Shown piece after piece: positions 1 through 11,183 of a DNA stretch of 20,000 nucleotides. Each line of letters starts with the position of its first letter. Within the stretch, counting starts at the first letter, position 1. Source of the DNA: Halocafeteria seosinensis (taxonomy: Eukaryota); contig LVLI01000341.1 in the NCBI GenBank assembly GCA_001687465.1, positions 107,928 through 127,927 on the forward strand, in the 5' to 3' direction. The translations under genes were made by a program, and so were the position numbers. The notes beneath the pieces were generated by a model. It was not told the origin of the DNA. It saw only the letters and a program-made list of their open reading frames with translations, and did not search any database.

Positions 1-954
1 CAGAAGATGCTCTAAGCGCTTCAATGACATTCGCTACGCGAGCGATTCTTAATCGGGCCTCTGGTTTTATCTGTCTGTTAGCCATGAGTTCACGCTTTTT
101 CTCTACTGCATGAGCTATGCCTGCCTCCACATTCTTCTTTAATTCCTCTTTCTCTTCCGCCGACATGGATGTTTCAGCGTCCAAATCAAAGGTCTCAGTG
201 AGCCAAATGTATCCGTTATTTCCTAATATCACATCCACTTGGCATGGTAACGTGATGAAGTGCTGTTTCAGCCTCTTTATCAAGGCAGGAGGAACACGGA
301 GAAAGACCCCGTTTTCCAACTTGCCATACTTCAGCGACCGTGCGTGGAGAGCCATACCTCCATCCTCATAGTAAGAATGAACATCAGCCTGCGTACAACC
401 GATCCAACCCCGGCAATCATTCTTAAACGACAAACAGGAAATGTAAATAAGTATTGGTCACTTACGCTGACCAGATCATGTTCTGACAAAATACTTCTCA
501 TCTGTAATTGGTCCTCCGTTGTCCGTCTTCGCTGAACTCCCCCAGAGAGATTTATCGACGACAGCATCAGGATGGCATGCTGCCGAGCATTAACATCGAC
601 TGTCCATCGTTTGGATCCCACCTCCACAATACGGCCGACTACCACATCTCCTACTTCGCCTACGTATCGTGAACTAATTGGCTGTACAGAAATCAAGCGA
701 TTCACGCGTTGGACGAGTCCGGCTACGTTAGCGTACAGGGCTCCATTTTGGACATACGTTCCGTGTCCTCGCAGGTTCCCCGCTTCCGGACAAATGTACG
801 AGCCGGGAGTAACCACAACATTGTTTGTGGCAAGCATGCCTTCATCAGCGCCCTCTACTTCATCGGAGTGTTGCTGGGTTTGGGAGTCCGTCCTTCGTTG
901 CTCCAGCGCAGCTTCGCGCTGTGCCGCTATCGATGCTGCTCCACTGGTCGACAT
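1..954 (-). CDS. RRP4: Exosome complex component RRP4 (EXOSC2), S1 + KH domains; 3'-partial. Exon 1 954-466, intron 465-389 (77 bp), exon 2 388-<1
   Basis: Exon 1 encodes VTPG..LRGHGTY..RYVGEVGDVVVGRIVEVGSKRWTVDVN..LMLSSINLSGGVQRRRT.EDQLQMR. A phase-0 GTAAGT...CGCAG splice continues into ADVHSYYEDGGMALHARSLKYGKLENG..IKRLKQHF..VILGNNGYIW, matching Rrp4 family motifs. The frame stays open to base 1. Confidence 0.95.
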
Positions 955-1191
955 TATTATTAGTAAACCGGGAAGCTATAGAACTAAGCACCAAACATAG
1001 CACTTCATTCATGTGCTGGATATAGACACTTCTCTAGGTGAGTCCAACAAAAGTTTGTCCGGTGTCAGACTGGTCTCTACAAACCAAGCTTTATTGAGCT
1101 ATTTAGCGTCTCTCGGAGACCATTGTTTCAACATAGGTTCGATTATATAGTGTCCTATGGTAGTATAGTGCATGCGGGTTTGATAAAAATC
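955..1191. promoter_or_regulatory. Probable bidirectional promoter region between RRP4 and DAP3
   Basis: Only 237 bp separate two divergently oriented ATGs (954 on -, 1192 on +). Inferred from geometry; no specific element identified. Confidence 0.5.
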
Positions 1192-3405
1192 ATGTATCGC
1201 ATTCGATCTCGTCTCCCAAAGAGGGGACAATGGGTCTGGAACCAGCCCCAAACCGCACATTATGGTCCTCAAACTCTATGTCAGCAAGTCTCTCATGGTC
1301 CCCCCGTCTCTTCACTTCGTGTCAGTTGCCAAGGATACTCGCAGTCTATTATCCTGGGTGAAAAAGAGGACACAGAGGATGAGCAAGGAGGGAAGATCTC
1401 GGTAAAGCAAGTGTTTGGCCAAGATGAGAGGGAATTAGCCAGGCATTTATCCCAACAAGTCCATGGGGAGGGTGATTCAGCGTCCCCAGGTGGGGCCACA
1501 AAGTCTTCCTCAGCACGAGAGAGGGAGGAAGCGGAACTCCATGGAGGACCCAAAGTGGCCACGGAATCGATCGCGGACGATGAAGAGAAACGAGATAAAC
1601 CACCTTTGGGAGACATATCGGCACAATCTTTGGATCGAGCGAAAGAGGCAGTTGATACGGGCACGATAGGAACACAATACGATCCGTCAGTAGATAAACT
1701 GATGCGCTCTTTAGAACGCGAGTATGACAATTCTCAATCGACCCGAACGGTGCACGCCGATGGCCCCGAATTTCCTCGGCAAGATCCCCATGCACCAGAT
1801 AGGAGATGGTCTTACCTGTCTATGACAAGGGAACTGAGGGATGAAACATACGTTCCTAAGAATCCCTACATGTCTAATGTCATCTATGATACAAACTATA
1901 TTCACGATGATCATACTATTCTAAACGTGAGTGATGTGTGCATATCTGTCGGAGATTATCTTCTTCATTCATTAGTATTGCGATTCACAGCATACACACG
2001 AGCAACGGGGAAAGTATTTTCCATTAGCTGAGGAAGGAAAGCTCCAACAGTCTTTTCCCGAAGGACTTCCAGGGGAGCTCCAAGATGAATTTGAATTAAC
2101 AGGTAGCAACATGATGATGATAAGGAGACAAGGATTAGATTTAGTTCAAGAGTTGCAACAATTCAAATCCCGGGATCCTGAGGAAATACAGACGACAAAC
2201 AAACAAAGTACGTTGAGAAATGACGGTCAGGTGTATATAGAGAACTTAGCTGGTAATATACGTGCCTGTGTCTCTCGTTTTGTACGATTGCAGTTTTGGA
2301 CAGAATGAGAAGCGACCCCGTGAATGGTTACAAGGATTTGTCAAACGCAGGAATTCCGTTCCGCTTGCTTATGGGTCCTCGTGGTACCGGAAAGTCTGCA
2401 ATCCTTGCATATGCGTTGCAGTATGCGCGACAAAATGACTGGCTGACAGTGAGCCTTCCTTCAAGCTTCAAAATCACCCAACAGCCGGAAATTACTGTTC
2501 CTTCTCAAACCCGTCCGGGATTTGTAGACCAACCTGACTTCTCTTACGATATGCTACGCCACATTGGCTTGCTTCATACGGAGCAATTAAGGAAAATCCC
2601 GCAAAGAAGAGTATACAGCCGGGACCGTTACCTGCCTTCTGAAGAAGATGACACTGTTGTCCAAACGAAATTAGAAATGAAGCAACAGGAGCGCGCCGAG
2701 AGAGCGAAAATGAAAGCCCAAGTTGAGTCTCAAGGGCAGACATGGGATCCGTCTGCATACAAAAGCAAAATTCCTGAGTATCTTGATGCGCAAGAAGTGG
2801 ACAGATCTCACACGACTCTATACCACTTGGTGCAATGGGGGATTAAGCACCCTGCACATTCTACCGATTGTTTGTTGGATCTACTTGAAGAACTCAAACT
2901 TGTTACGGAATATCCTGTGTTAGTGGCCGTAGATCAGCTAAATTGGCTCTACGAGCCTGTTTCTATACGACTTAATGAAAAGAGGTGAGTGGAGTTTCTG
3001 CTGCTATTCCTTGACATGATAAATTCACCTTGAGAGTTGCTCGTTTGCAGAATCGAACCGTCGCAAGTGAGCCTTGCTAGTGCATTTCGTTGTCTTGATG
3101 AACGAGGCTTCACACCGAATCAAAGCTATAAGCGAGGCTACTTTATTGCGGCAGACAGCTACCGGCATAATTACTTTTGCCGAATGTATGACTATGCGCG
3201 GTACCCACGGGGTACGCATGTTCCTGTAGACCCCTTAAATCGCCAGGAGATACACTACCAATTGCTCCATTACCATCATAGTGGAAACTTCTGGGAAGTG
3301 AGAAACCGCGAAGACGTTGACAGTCATTCTGTTGATTACTATAGAACCCTAACAGATGGGAATTCGAGGGAGCTTAGGAAGGCGGCTATGGCTGTTTTTG
3401 CATAG
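1192..3405 (+). CDS. DAP3: Mitochondrial small ribosomal subunit protein mS29 / DAP3 (P-loop). Exons 1192-1926, 1991-2207 (donor ambiguous), 2294-2984, 3051-3405; about 665 aa
   Basis: Arg-rich presequence-like start MYRIRSRLPKR. Spliced product contains H.HEQRGKYF..FPEGLPGELQDEF..MMIRRQGLDLV, Walker A LLMGPRGTGKS.IL.YALQYARQNDW, and LLEELK..EYPVLVAVDQLNWLY, typical of the DAP3/Rsm23 family. GTGAGT..CACAG (1927-1990) and GTGAGT..TGCAG (2985-3050) introns join the ORFs in frame. Confidence 0.88.
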
Positions 3406-3470
3406 CGAGAAAAATAGACATACCACTTTGAACTGGAGATGATGATACTAACGATGTAGGTGAAATATCA

Positions 3471-6400
3471 TTATTTGTGTGGCGGGCTAACCGTTGTCCC
3501 GGCCGCTTGACGCATTACGTATTCGAGTCTCGGTTTCGGCGAAATCGGCCAGTCACGATATTGCGACAGATCAAGACGTTCTGGAGATACAGACAAGTTT
3601 CCACTACGAGCTCTCGACAGCTTCTTTTTGCTTCCCAGGCTAGATCGTGAGTCACTCTGCTGAAGACTTGTTGATCCGCTGTCGTTGTCGTCGTTGGCAA
3701 TGTCGTTCTTACACATTTCCTCAATATATGCGGGAGGAAGTTTGGCCAGGATCGTACTGTAGTATTTTGGAGCCAGTTGGTTTGACCTAAACTCGGAGAG
3801 GTCGAGGCGTTTATGGGAGTTTCCTTGTTTCCCGCTAGGCTCTCTCTCGCAAGTTATCTTCCAATATTCCTTCCATGTACGAGCACTGTGTGTGGTTTGG
3901 CGCGAAGTCTTGCTGAAATATGCCACAGCATCCCATTCGTTTAGTTTAGAATAAGTACGAGAGCTATTCAACGTAGAGCTACCGGAGGAATGGTAGCTGG
4001 AACTGGGAGAGACATTCTGACTGTCAGTGGTAGCAATATGAGTGGTAGAGCTCAAAGCTTTCTTCCTTTCGTTTTCTTCGAGAGTTCGATTGACATTCAG
4101 CCTGTGATTCTCGCGGTAGATGTGCCGATCTGTTTCCAAGTTCTCTATGTCACGGGATTTCATGTCATGATGGTTGTGTACAACATTCCTCTCAGTAATA
4201 TAGTTCTTCACAACTTCAGACTCATGATTTCCCTCGATATGATGCGCATTCACTTTTCCGACAGAAAGTTGTGTTGCGCCTGTGCTCTTAGGAGCGGCAT
4301 ATCGGAAGTGGACGCTGTTCAGCCGTCTTGGCTGATTGCGAGGAGCAACAATTTTTGGCTCAGAGAACGGTCTCGTAGGTATAAAGGTGCCGTCCGCGAT
4401 TGTGGTGGTTTGATCAGCATGGCTCGATACTGGTCGGTGGTTACCATTTTCCACACTCTCACTCGACGATTGCTTCCACTCTGTTGCAACATTGTTCGAC
4501 GACGTGTGAATCGCTGATAACTCCGCAACGGCTGTTTCACGCCGCGTTTCAACGGCGTTGTTGCTGTTCTGACCGCTTTGCTGCAATCTTGGCGACGGGC
4601 TCGTCCAATCCTCTCCAGTACCGCTTTCGCTTGGGGCCGAGTGGTGCGATCCCGAGGTATGCTCGTCGCCATCAGCTTCCGTGCTGATAGAGAAATGTTG
4701 CTGCCTGCTATAACTTTGGTCTTCATTCTCGGCTTTCATACACATATGTCCACCATACGAAGCAACTTCTTCATGCTTAGCAGCACTATCAGCATTCGTT
4801 TTATCCTCTTCAACCATGTCACCACCAGTGCGAATACTTTTCTCTTCAGCATAGTCTTCCGCTCCATTCGGCACGTTTCTAGACGTAGGAAAGGAATCAT
4901 CCGTATGTATGCTTGTATAAGGTTCAGTCGAATCTTTATTGTCGATATTACCTTGTTCATCCATTTCATTGTGAAAAGCTTCATTACTTGACAGATCCGC
5001 TATGTCTTGGACGTGTGCTTCGGACATGTAGGACTGGTCCGCCGAAGGGTACGTAGCTCCTACGTTGTTGCTCTTATCACTCTCCCCAGAATCGGGTAAA
5101 CCATAGTCCCCCATAGCACATTCATGAATACTCTCCTCAGTGGCGCGATCACGTAGTTGTGCAGACGAAGAAACCCCGCTTACAGCAGCAGAAACAGCGG
5201 TTTCAGTGTAAGCCGTGGATGCACACACTGTATGTGTGCTCATTTCTTGGCTTTGATAGTACGTTTCTATATGCTCCTCGGAAGCGCCATTGAAATCCGC
5301 GCCCTTAGAATGCACATCTGTGACGTTCTCACGATCTGTGGAAAATGGTAGTTCTGAACTCGTCCTTGCGTCCTCTACTAAGGCATGACTTCCGTGTTGC
5401 TCCTCTCTCTCATGGTCAGTTGGGCCATCGCTAGTGTACGATTGCACCGATGGCATGGTAGCTTCTTCGCGCATATAATCACGAAATTTAGAAGAGGCCT
5501 CGTCTTCAGACAACTTCCTTCCCGTCTCTGGCGTAGGATCGTTACGGTTAGTTTTGTCTGCAGAAGCTTCAGTTACACTTGCATCAGCTACCTCGGACTC
5601 GGAAGCTGGATCCCTTGCACTACTAACGTGTGCGTCTTCGCTTACTCTGGCTTGGTTCATACTCTGTGGCTGCTCCTCGGAAATGTCCTTCACTTTCGGC
5701 AGACTGGTGTTAGTGACTGACGGGGAAATTTCATCTCCACCTTGAGTCTCCTGTTCATCTTGTGAAAGTGCGGTAACAGCCGTGGTTCTCTGCTCTTGCT
5801 GCTGAGAAACGGCCTGAGATTGGAAGTTCGTAACGGTCTTCACTTCGCTGAGCCGTTGCGCATGCGATCCTTCATGTTGAGAGCTAGACAAATCAGGGAG
5901 CTCCATGTCAATCTTATTCCGCGTTAGATGACCTATGCTTTCTCCAGTGAACTTAGTCACAGTAGTTGCCTCCTGCTGACGTTGTTCGGACGTCTGCTGC
6001 GAGTACGTTTTAAATTCGCTATGTTGTGTATAGGATTCTTCATGTTTGGAGTGCGATAGCAATGAGCCCGACGCCTGCACTTTCTGTTGGCTACTGCGTC
6101 TATTTTGGGACGTCCTAGTGTAGCTATGGCTTTGCTGCGTTGTCCTCGTCTCACTCTTCGACATCTGCATGGTTCCCGAACGACTAGTAACTGCTGAAGT
6201 TGTTTTTCCCGACGAGGTTACAACACGACTCTCCGCCTGTGACACAGCTTGCTTGGTCCGCACATTGCTCCCAGCTCTGCCGCCAGTTAACTTCTTCGTC
6301 GCAGGTGGCCGAGGTTGTGCCTTGGCACCGACCTTGCTGGTTTTTGTATCGTTGGTCGATGAGCTTTGTTGCTTGGAAACTTCCTGAGAACGTGGAGTAG

Positions 6401-7761
6401 AAACTGTCTCAAGAGCGAATTCGTCTGAGTCAGCGACGGTCTTTACCCTTTCGTTACATGCTATAAATTCAGCTAACATTTGTAAAGTTCGCAAAGTATT
6501 GTTCAAAGCGGACTCATCAGGAGACATACAACCCAAAACGAAAACTCTAGTATTCCCACATATTGGCTCCTTCAGTACCATGTTTAATTTACTGCTACGC
6601 TGGGTCCGCATGAGATTAGCGTGCACTTCCTTAGTTTGTTTTCGTTGATATTGGTTTCTCGCTTTCACCATCTGGTTAAGATTGAACAACGATTTGGAGC
6701 CCACGTTCTTGGAGCCGGAAGTACTGCCAGCCAAATCCACAAACGTGAACAAGCCGTTTGTGTTTTGTTTTCGGTTGTGGACCTTGAGGTGTATAACAGA
6801 GTTTAATTGCGATGCAAACTGAGTTTCATATTGGGATTGTAGGAAAAGACCATACTCAAGCAACCCAAGAGCTCTCATTTTCGTTTCAGTAACAATAACA
6901 GAAGCACCTTGAATGAGGAACACGTCCTTCTTGGCATCGTGGCGAACAGCAACATTCGAATTCTTTTGTGTTGTTTTGGCGGGTCCCATACCTTTGAGGC
7001 GTTTTAGAGACGGTGAAAATGGTACCTTACCTTCTCTGGTGCTCTTCTTATCAACCTGGCCGTTGTAAATTTCCTTGACAGCTTCGGAACCCGCTAGCAG
7101 GTCCACAGGTTTATCCGTCGTAACTCCAATCATTCGCAAAGAAACTTCCAAATCATCTCCGTAGAAATCAAATAAATGTTCAATTATTCGAGGAATTAGT
7201 CCAAAGTCCGAAAGCACCCCTAACGGACCCAACGTAGTCATACCGTCGCTGGTTCTTCGTCGGTTGATAACCGTTTCCTCCTTCCGAATCCCGGTGACCG
7301 AGCCATACAAGGAGTATGTCTTGCCGGTCTTCTCCTGTCCCAGAGTAACAATAGCTTCTCTTCCTCCGTTTAGTACGCTCTTTATTCTGCTTTCCGTATC
7401 CAGTGCTTCGTAAAGTTCTCCTTGAGTGGAATCCAAAAACGTCTGGATGCTGAACTGATGGTAGTTGGTTTTCCCTGAGGCATCTCGCCGACTGAGATCA
7501 GCTTCTTCGTACTTGGGAATCTGCGCAGTGTCGAGACGGAAAGAAAATTAAAATTTCCCTAATGCATGTACTGTATAAGAAGTAATTCCCACTTACGCTA
7601 ACTAGCCCACTTCCATCATCGTATTGTATGACTTCATCTTGCGGTTTATCAAGGTCTTCCAATGTCCGAGGTCGTACACGAGCTGCCACTCCTATCCTCA
7701 TAGGAGCGTCATCATCGCTACCACCATTGCTGTGAGGCGAATTCCCTTGTTTCTGCGACAT
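3471..7761 (-). CDS. Kinesin-like protein with divergent N-terminal motor domain and long low-complexity tail. Exon 1 7761-7597, intron 7596-7521 (76 bp), exon 2 7520-3471; about 1404 aa
   Basis: Exon 1 has IGVAARVRP (kinesin beta-1, VxVRxRP). A phase-0 GTAAGT..CGCAG intron joins it in frame to the 1321-aa ORF, which has P-loop LGQEKTGKTYSL, GLIPRIIEHLF, FTFVDLAGS, KSLFNL and RSSKLNMVLKEPICGNTRVFVLGCMSP..NTLRTL. Confidence 0.88.
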
Positions 7762-8656
7762 GGAGACGGCTTTCTTCGGAGCAACTTGAACCTTTTTGTA
7801 GTTTCCTCAGCCCCTGGGGCGCCCCTTGCAAGCGGCCTCCACCACACCTCGAGACAAACGAGAAGACGGGGTGCTTCTTTAATCAAAACACAAAAGCGAC
7901 TCGCTTTGCAAAACCCGCTAGCTCTTGCAGGACTTCAATCCAAGCAGTGTTCTGCTGCCTAAAGAGATGAGTCGACTCGAGCGACTCGAGCACTCTACTG
8001 GTCGCACGACTGCGACCCCCCCCCCCGACCAAGCCTGCAGGATCTGCAACTTGTCACACTACAAGCGTACCAGAAGTATTAATGCATATCATGGTATACA
8101 AGCTGAATGGAACTAGTTAGGGGATGGTCACGCCGTGGACGATCTCCCTAGGGACCCCTGCAACGCTTTAGTGCCTGCCCCTACCAGCGTTGCGGGAGGT
8201 AAGGGTTCCCATGAACGAAACTCCAGCACCCGCACTCAAGAAGATAATGGGAACAACATGAATGTAGAATTCCTGACTCAATTACCACTGTTTTTTGTGC
8301 AAGAACCTTCGTGTCACCCTTCGGGGCCTGAATAGTGAGTCCTCCTACTTCCGGCTCCAGGATAGATGCGACTCAATGTGGCTTTCTGGTTGACTTCCTG
8401 AGAAAGCACTCATGCAACACAAAGGAATTCTTACGAAACACTATTTTTCGAACTTCGAACCACCGTGACACACGTATCACATGCGGTTGTGCATCCATTT
8501 GAAGGCAGCCCGAGCTACAGGGACCGGTGAGGTACTGGCCAGTGGCCACACACTGACTCAAGTGAAGAGGCGACAGTCAATTGTATCATAGTAGACGAAT
8601 AAACGAGGCCTCGAAACTCGGTGTTTCGGTGTGGAGCGAGTACTCAGCGATGTTTC

Positions 8657-8688
8657 CGACCGCGCTCAGCCACAGTGGCTGAGGGTCG
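8657..8688. other. GC-rich intergenic inverted repeat / hairpin
   Basis: CGACC-gcg-CTCAGCCAC-a-GTGGCTGAG-GGTCG: 9-bp perfect inverted repeat extended by 5 bp after a 3-nt bulge. Confidence 0.5.
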
Positions 8689-8933
8689 CAGTTAATCCCG
8701 CACCACTATGTGAAAGAAATGATTACCGCTAGATACGGAACGAAATGGAGGGCCCAAGCCGCTTTGGGCCAAGCGTTCAATGCGTCAGCAATTGTCTTGT
8801 TCCATACGATATGTACTATTGACGAAGCGCACTCGAGTGTCATCAACTACGTCGAGAACATTGGCGTAGGGCGCTCCCTCAGTCAGTCGGTCCGTTCCAC
8901 GCCTGAGAAGGACGAAAACACGATATAAGGACG

Positions 8934-10550
8934 ATGCAGTTTATTGGCGCAGTGTTGGTATCATTGGCTGTACTGTTCCACTCCTCTCTGCTCTCTCGGT
9001 CCATGGCATATGATGAATTTTGTGATATCCTACTGGATGCGGAGAGCAGCAACGAGGTTATCAGTCATATGTCGGCCGAACATGTCGGAGAGATAGACCA
9101 TATACAGAGGGCCTTAGAGTCCACACCTCCGGAGTTAATCCGCCAAAGAAATGAGTTGTGTGAACGACGCGCAGGGTCTTCTGACATATCGCCGCGAGGC
9201 GTTCACGTTGCGGCCAACGAGGAAGGAGGCTTGTCTGTGGTTTGGGCAACTACCGGGGATTCGATGAACCACTCCGCTCAGGCTATGATTCAATACTGGG
9301 TAAACGAGACGTGTTCCATTTTTCAGAATGCCTCGAGCTACACGTATACAGTTCCCAAAAAGTGGTGGGACCCTACAGGATCGTCGGGAAGCATCCAGCA
9401 TGCCGTCCAGTTGCAGAATACCCCGAGATCTTTTCGCTATCGCGTAGGTACGGTGGACACTGGTCTTTTGCTGCCACCACTTAATGAGCGGTGCCACAAC
9501 GCATCAAGTGACCCGTTCCTATCGTCAAGCCAAGTATTTCGCGCTGCATTGCCTCCTACTACTGATGGAGATGAACCAACACGGTTGGCTGTTGCGGGGG
9601 ATATGGGTTCTGTTCAACTGTTCGGATTTCTCGTAGCCCAGCAGATGATAGAGGATTTTGGGATAGCGCCTAATTCTTCTTATGATGTTCCTTTTGGTGC
9701 ACCAGACGCCTTCCTACTTGTAGGGGATATCTCATATGCCGGAATCGCCATACATCTCCCCATCTTAAACATCACGTCTGGGGACGAGTTCGAGCCGTTC
9801 TGGGATCTGTATCTGGACATGATGCAACCAATCAGTGCGCGTCTGCCTTTCATGCTGACTGTGGGCAACCATGACATGTTCTATAATGCAACAGCGTTTC
9901 GGCATCGTTTTCTGATGCCATCGACTGGTAGAGGAAACTTTTGGTATTCATACACTATGGGCAACATTCGAGTTATCAGTCTGAGCACTGAGCATCCTTA
10001 TGGAACAGACAGCGAACAGTATGCTTGGGCACAAAAAGCACTGAAAGAGGCTGTCCATGATCGTATCGAGGGAAGAGTTGCATGGATTGTCGTTCTCTAT
10101 CATCGGCCGATGTATTGCAGCGATGCCTCTGAGTGGGACCAGCACAGACCCGGAGCTCCTCTGCAAGCAGATATCGAGCCCCTCCTCTTAACATATGATG
10201 TTGATTTGGCAATAAGCGGTCACATGCACGCTTATGAGCGCGTGCATCCCAATAAAAATGGGACTGTTGTGACCAGGCCCCGACAACACGGTAATACGCA
10301 GGTTTATGATAATCCTAAGGCTCCCGTCCACGTTGTTTCCGGTACAGCTGGGGCCGTGCAACGTGAAACATGGATCGAGCCTTCGCCAAGTTGGTCAGCC
10401 GTTCGATTTGCGAATCAACTGTGGGGTTCGTATGGGTATGGTTGGTTGGAGACAACGAATCGTACCCACCTGCATTACACCTTCCGACCAGTGCAGCAAG
10501 GTGGACACAGCAGCATTGGCGATGACTTTTGGATTGTCCGGGACCCGTAA
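8934..10550 (+). CDS. Secreted purple acid phosphatase (metallophosphoesterase), single exon, 538 aa
   Basis: Hydrophobic signal-peptide-like N-terminus and an FN3-like PAP N-domain (P.GVHVA..VVWAT..YRVG). All five PAP metal-ligand blocks are present: GDMG, GDISY, GNHD, VLYHRP, GHMH(AYER). C-terminal APVHVVSGTAG and YGYG.L..N.THL are also typical. Confidence 0.95.
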   Translation: MQFIGAVLVSLAVLFHSSLLSRSMAYDEFCDILLDAESSNEVISHMSAEHVGEIDHIQRALESTPPELIRQRNELCERRAGSSDISPRGVHVAANEEGGLSVVWATTGDSMNHSAQAMIQYWVNETCSIFQNASSYTYTVPKKWWDPTGSSGSIQHAVQLQNTPRSFRYRVGTVDTGLLLPPLNERCHNASSDPFLSSSQVFRAALPPTTDGDEPTRLAVAGDMGSVQLFGFLVAQQMIEDFGIAPNSSYDVPFGAPDAFLLVGDISYAGIAIHLPILNITSGDEFEPFWDLYLDMMQPISARLPFMLTVGNHDMFYNATAFRHRFLMPSTGRGNFWYSYTMGNIRVISLSTEHPYGTDSEQYAWAQKALKEAVHDRIEGRVAWIVVLYHRPMYCSDASEWDQHRPGAPLQADIEPLLLTYDVDLAISGHMHAYERVHPNKNGTVVTRPRQHGNTQVYDNPKAPVHVVSGTAGAVQRETWIEPSPSWSAVRFANQLWGSYGYGWLETTNRTHLHYTFRPVQQGGHSSIGDDFWIVRDP

Positions 10551-11183
10551 GTCGAAAGCTGTGACAAAACGATTTATAGGGTACCAAGCACTCCAACCCA
10601 CATGAAATAGAAACCCTCTTAGTGAGTGTAACTAGCGTAATGTGCGCACCAAAATAAGGGAACTGTGATATTCTTGAGATCACATGGAAAATACGAACCT
10701 TGTGTTCATGTTGCGCTGATAGACCCTTCCTTACCCAGCCCAACCACAAGGGCTCTATGAGTCCTATGTATTTGATCGCTATTGCTACTCACTCAAATAT
10801 GGCACACTATAGCTTTACATTCATAAGGATTACACTTTTTTTGTTTTGTCTTTTTCAGAAGGATGAAGAATATGTGAGTCATGATTACAGCGGAGAAATG
10901 CTCGCGGATCGGTCACTTCACGAAACCGTACCGCCAGGTCTGCACGGCTTCGACAGCTACGATTTCATTTGATACTTCAAGCGAAAATTGAGAGAACAGA
11001 AGCGGAACTGGAATAAAACCAAGGAAGCAAGTGTAAATTATCTATGGACAACATGGTGGGACTAGAGAGTATATCCAGATTTTCCCCCAAAACTCTTATC
11101 GCCTGACGCCCTACCTGGACGACTGTGACAGTGTAGGTGTGTATTAGTATTGCTCCTACCGGAAGATGTGTAGTCAGGCTCCG

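Noticed and set aside
331..465. C-terminus of the 207-aa ORF (VSDQYLFTF...HGR)
   Set aside because: Read-through into an intron; splicing restores the Rrp4 sequence in another frame.
1123..1191. TTG start of the 302-aa ORF
   Set aside because: Eukaryotic gene; the ATG at 1192 begins a presequence-like peptide.
7060..7110. DLLAGSE and EIYNG in the kinesin as displaced canonical motifs
   Set aside because: By position this is the ordinary DLL motif and the following loop; true switch II is VDLAGST near 6720-6740. The resemblance is probably chance.
8600..8650. Hammerhead-ribozyme-like CTGA..CGAAAC on the - strand
   Set aside because: Core reads CTGAGTA rather than CTGAnGA and there is no convincing stem II.
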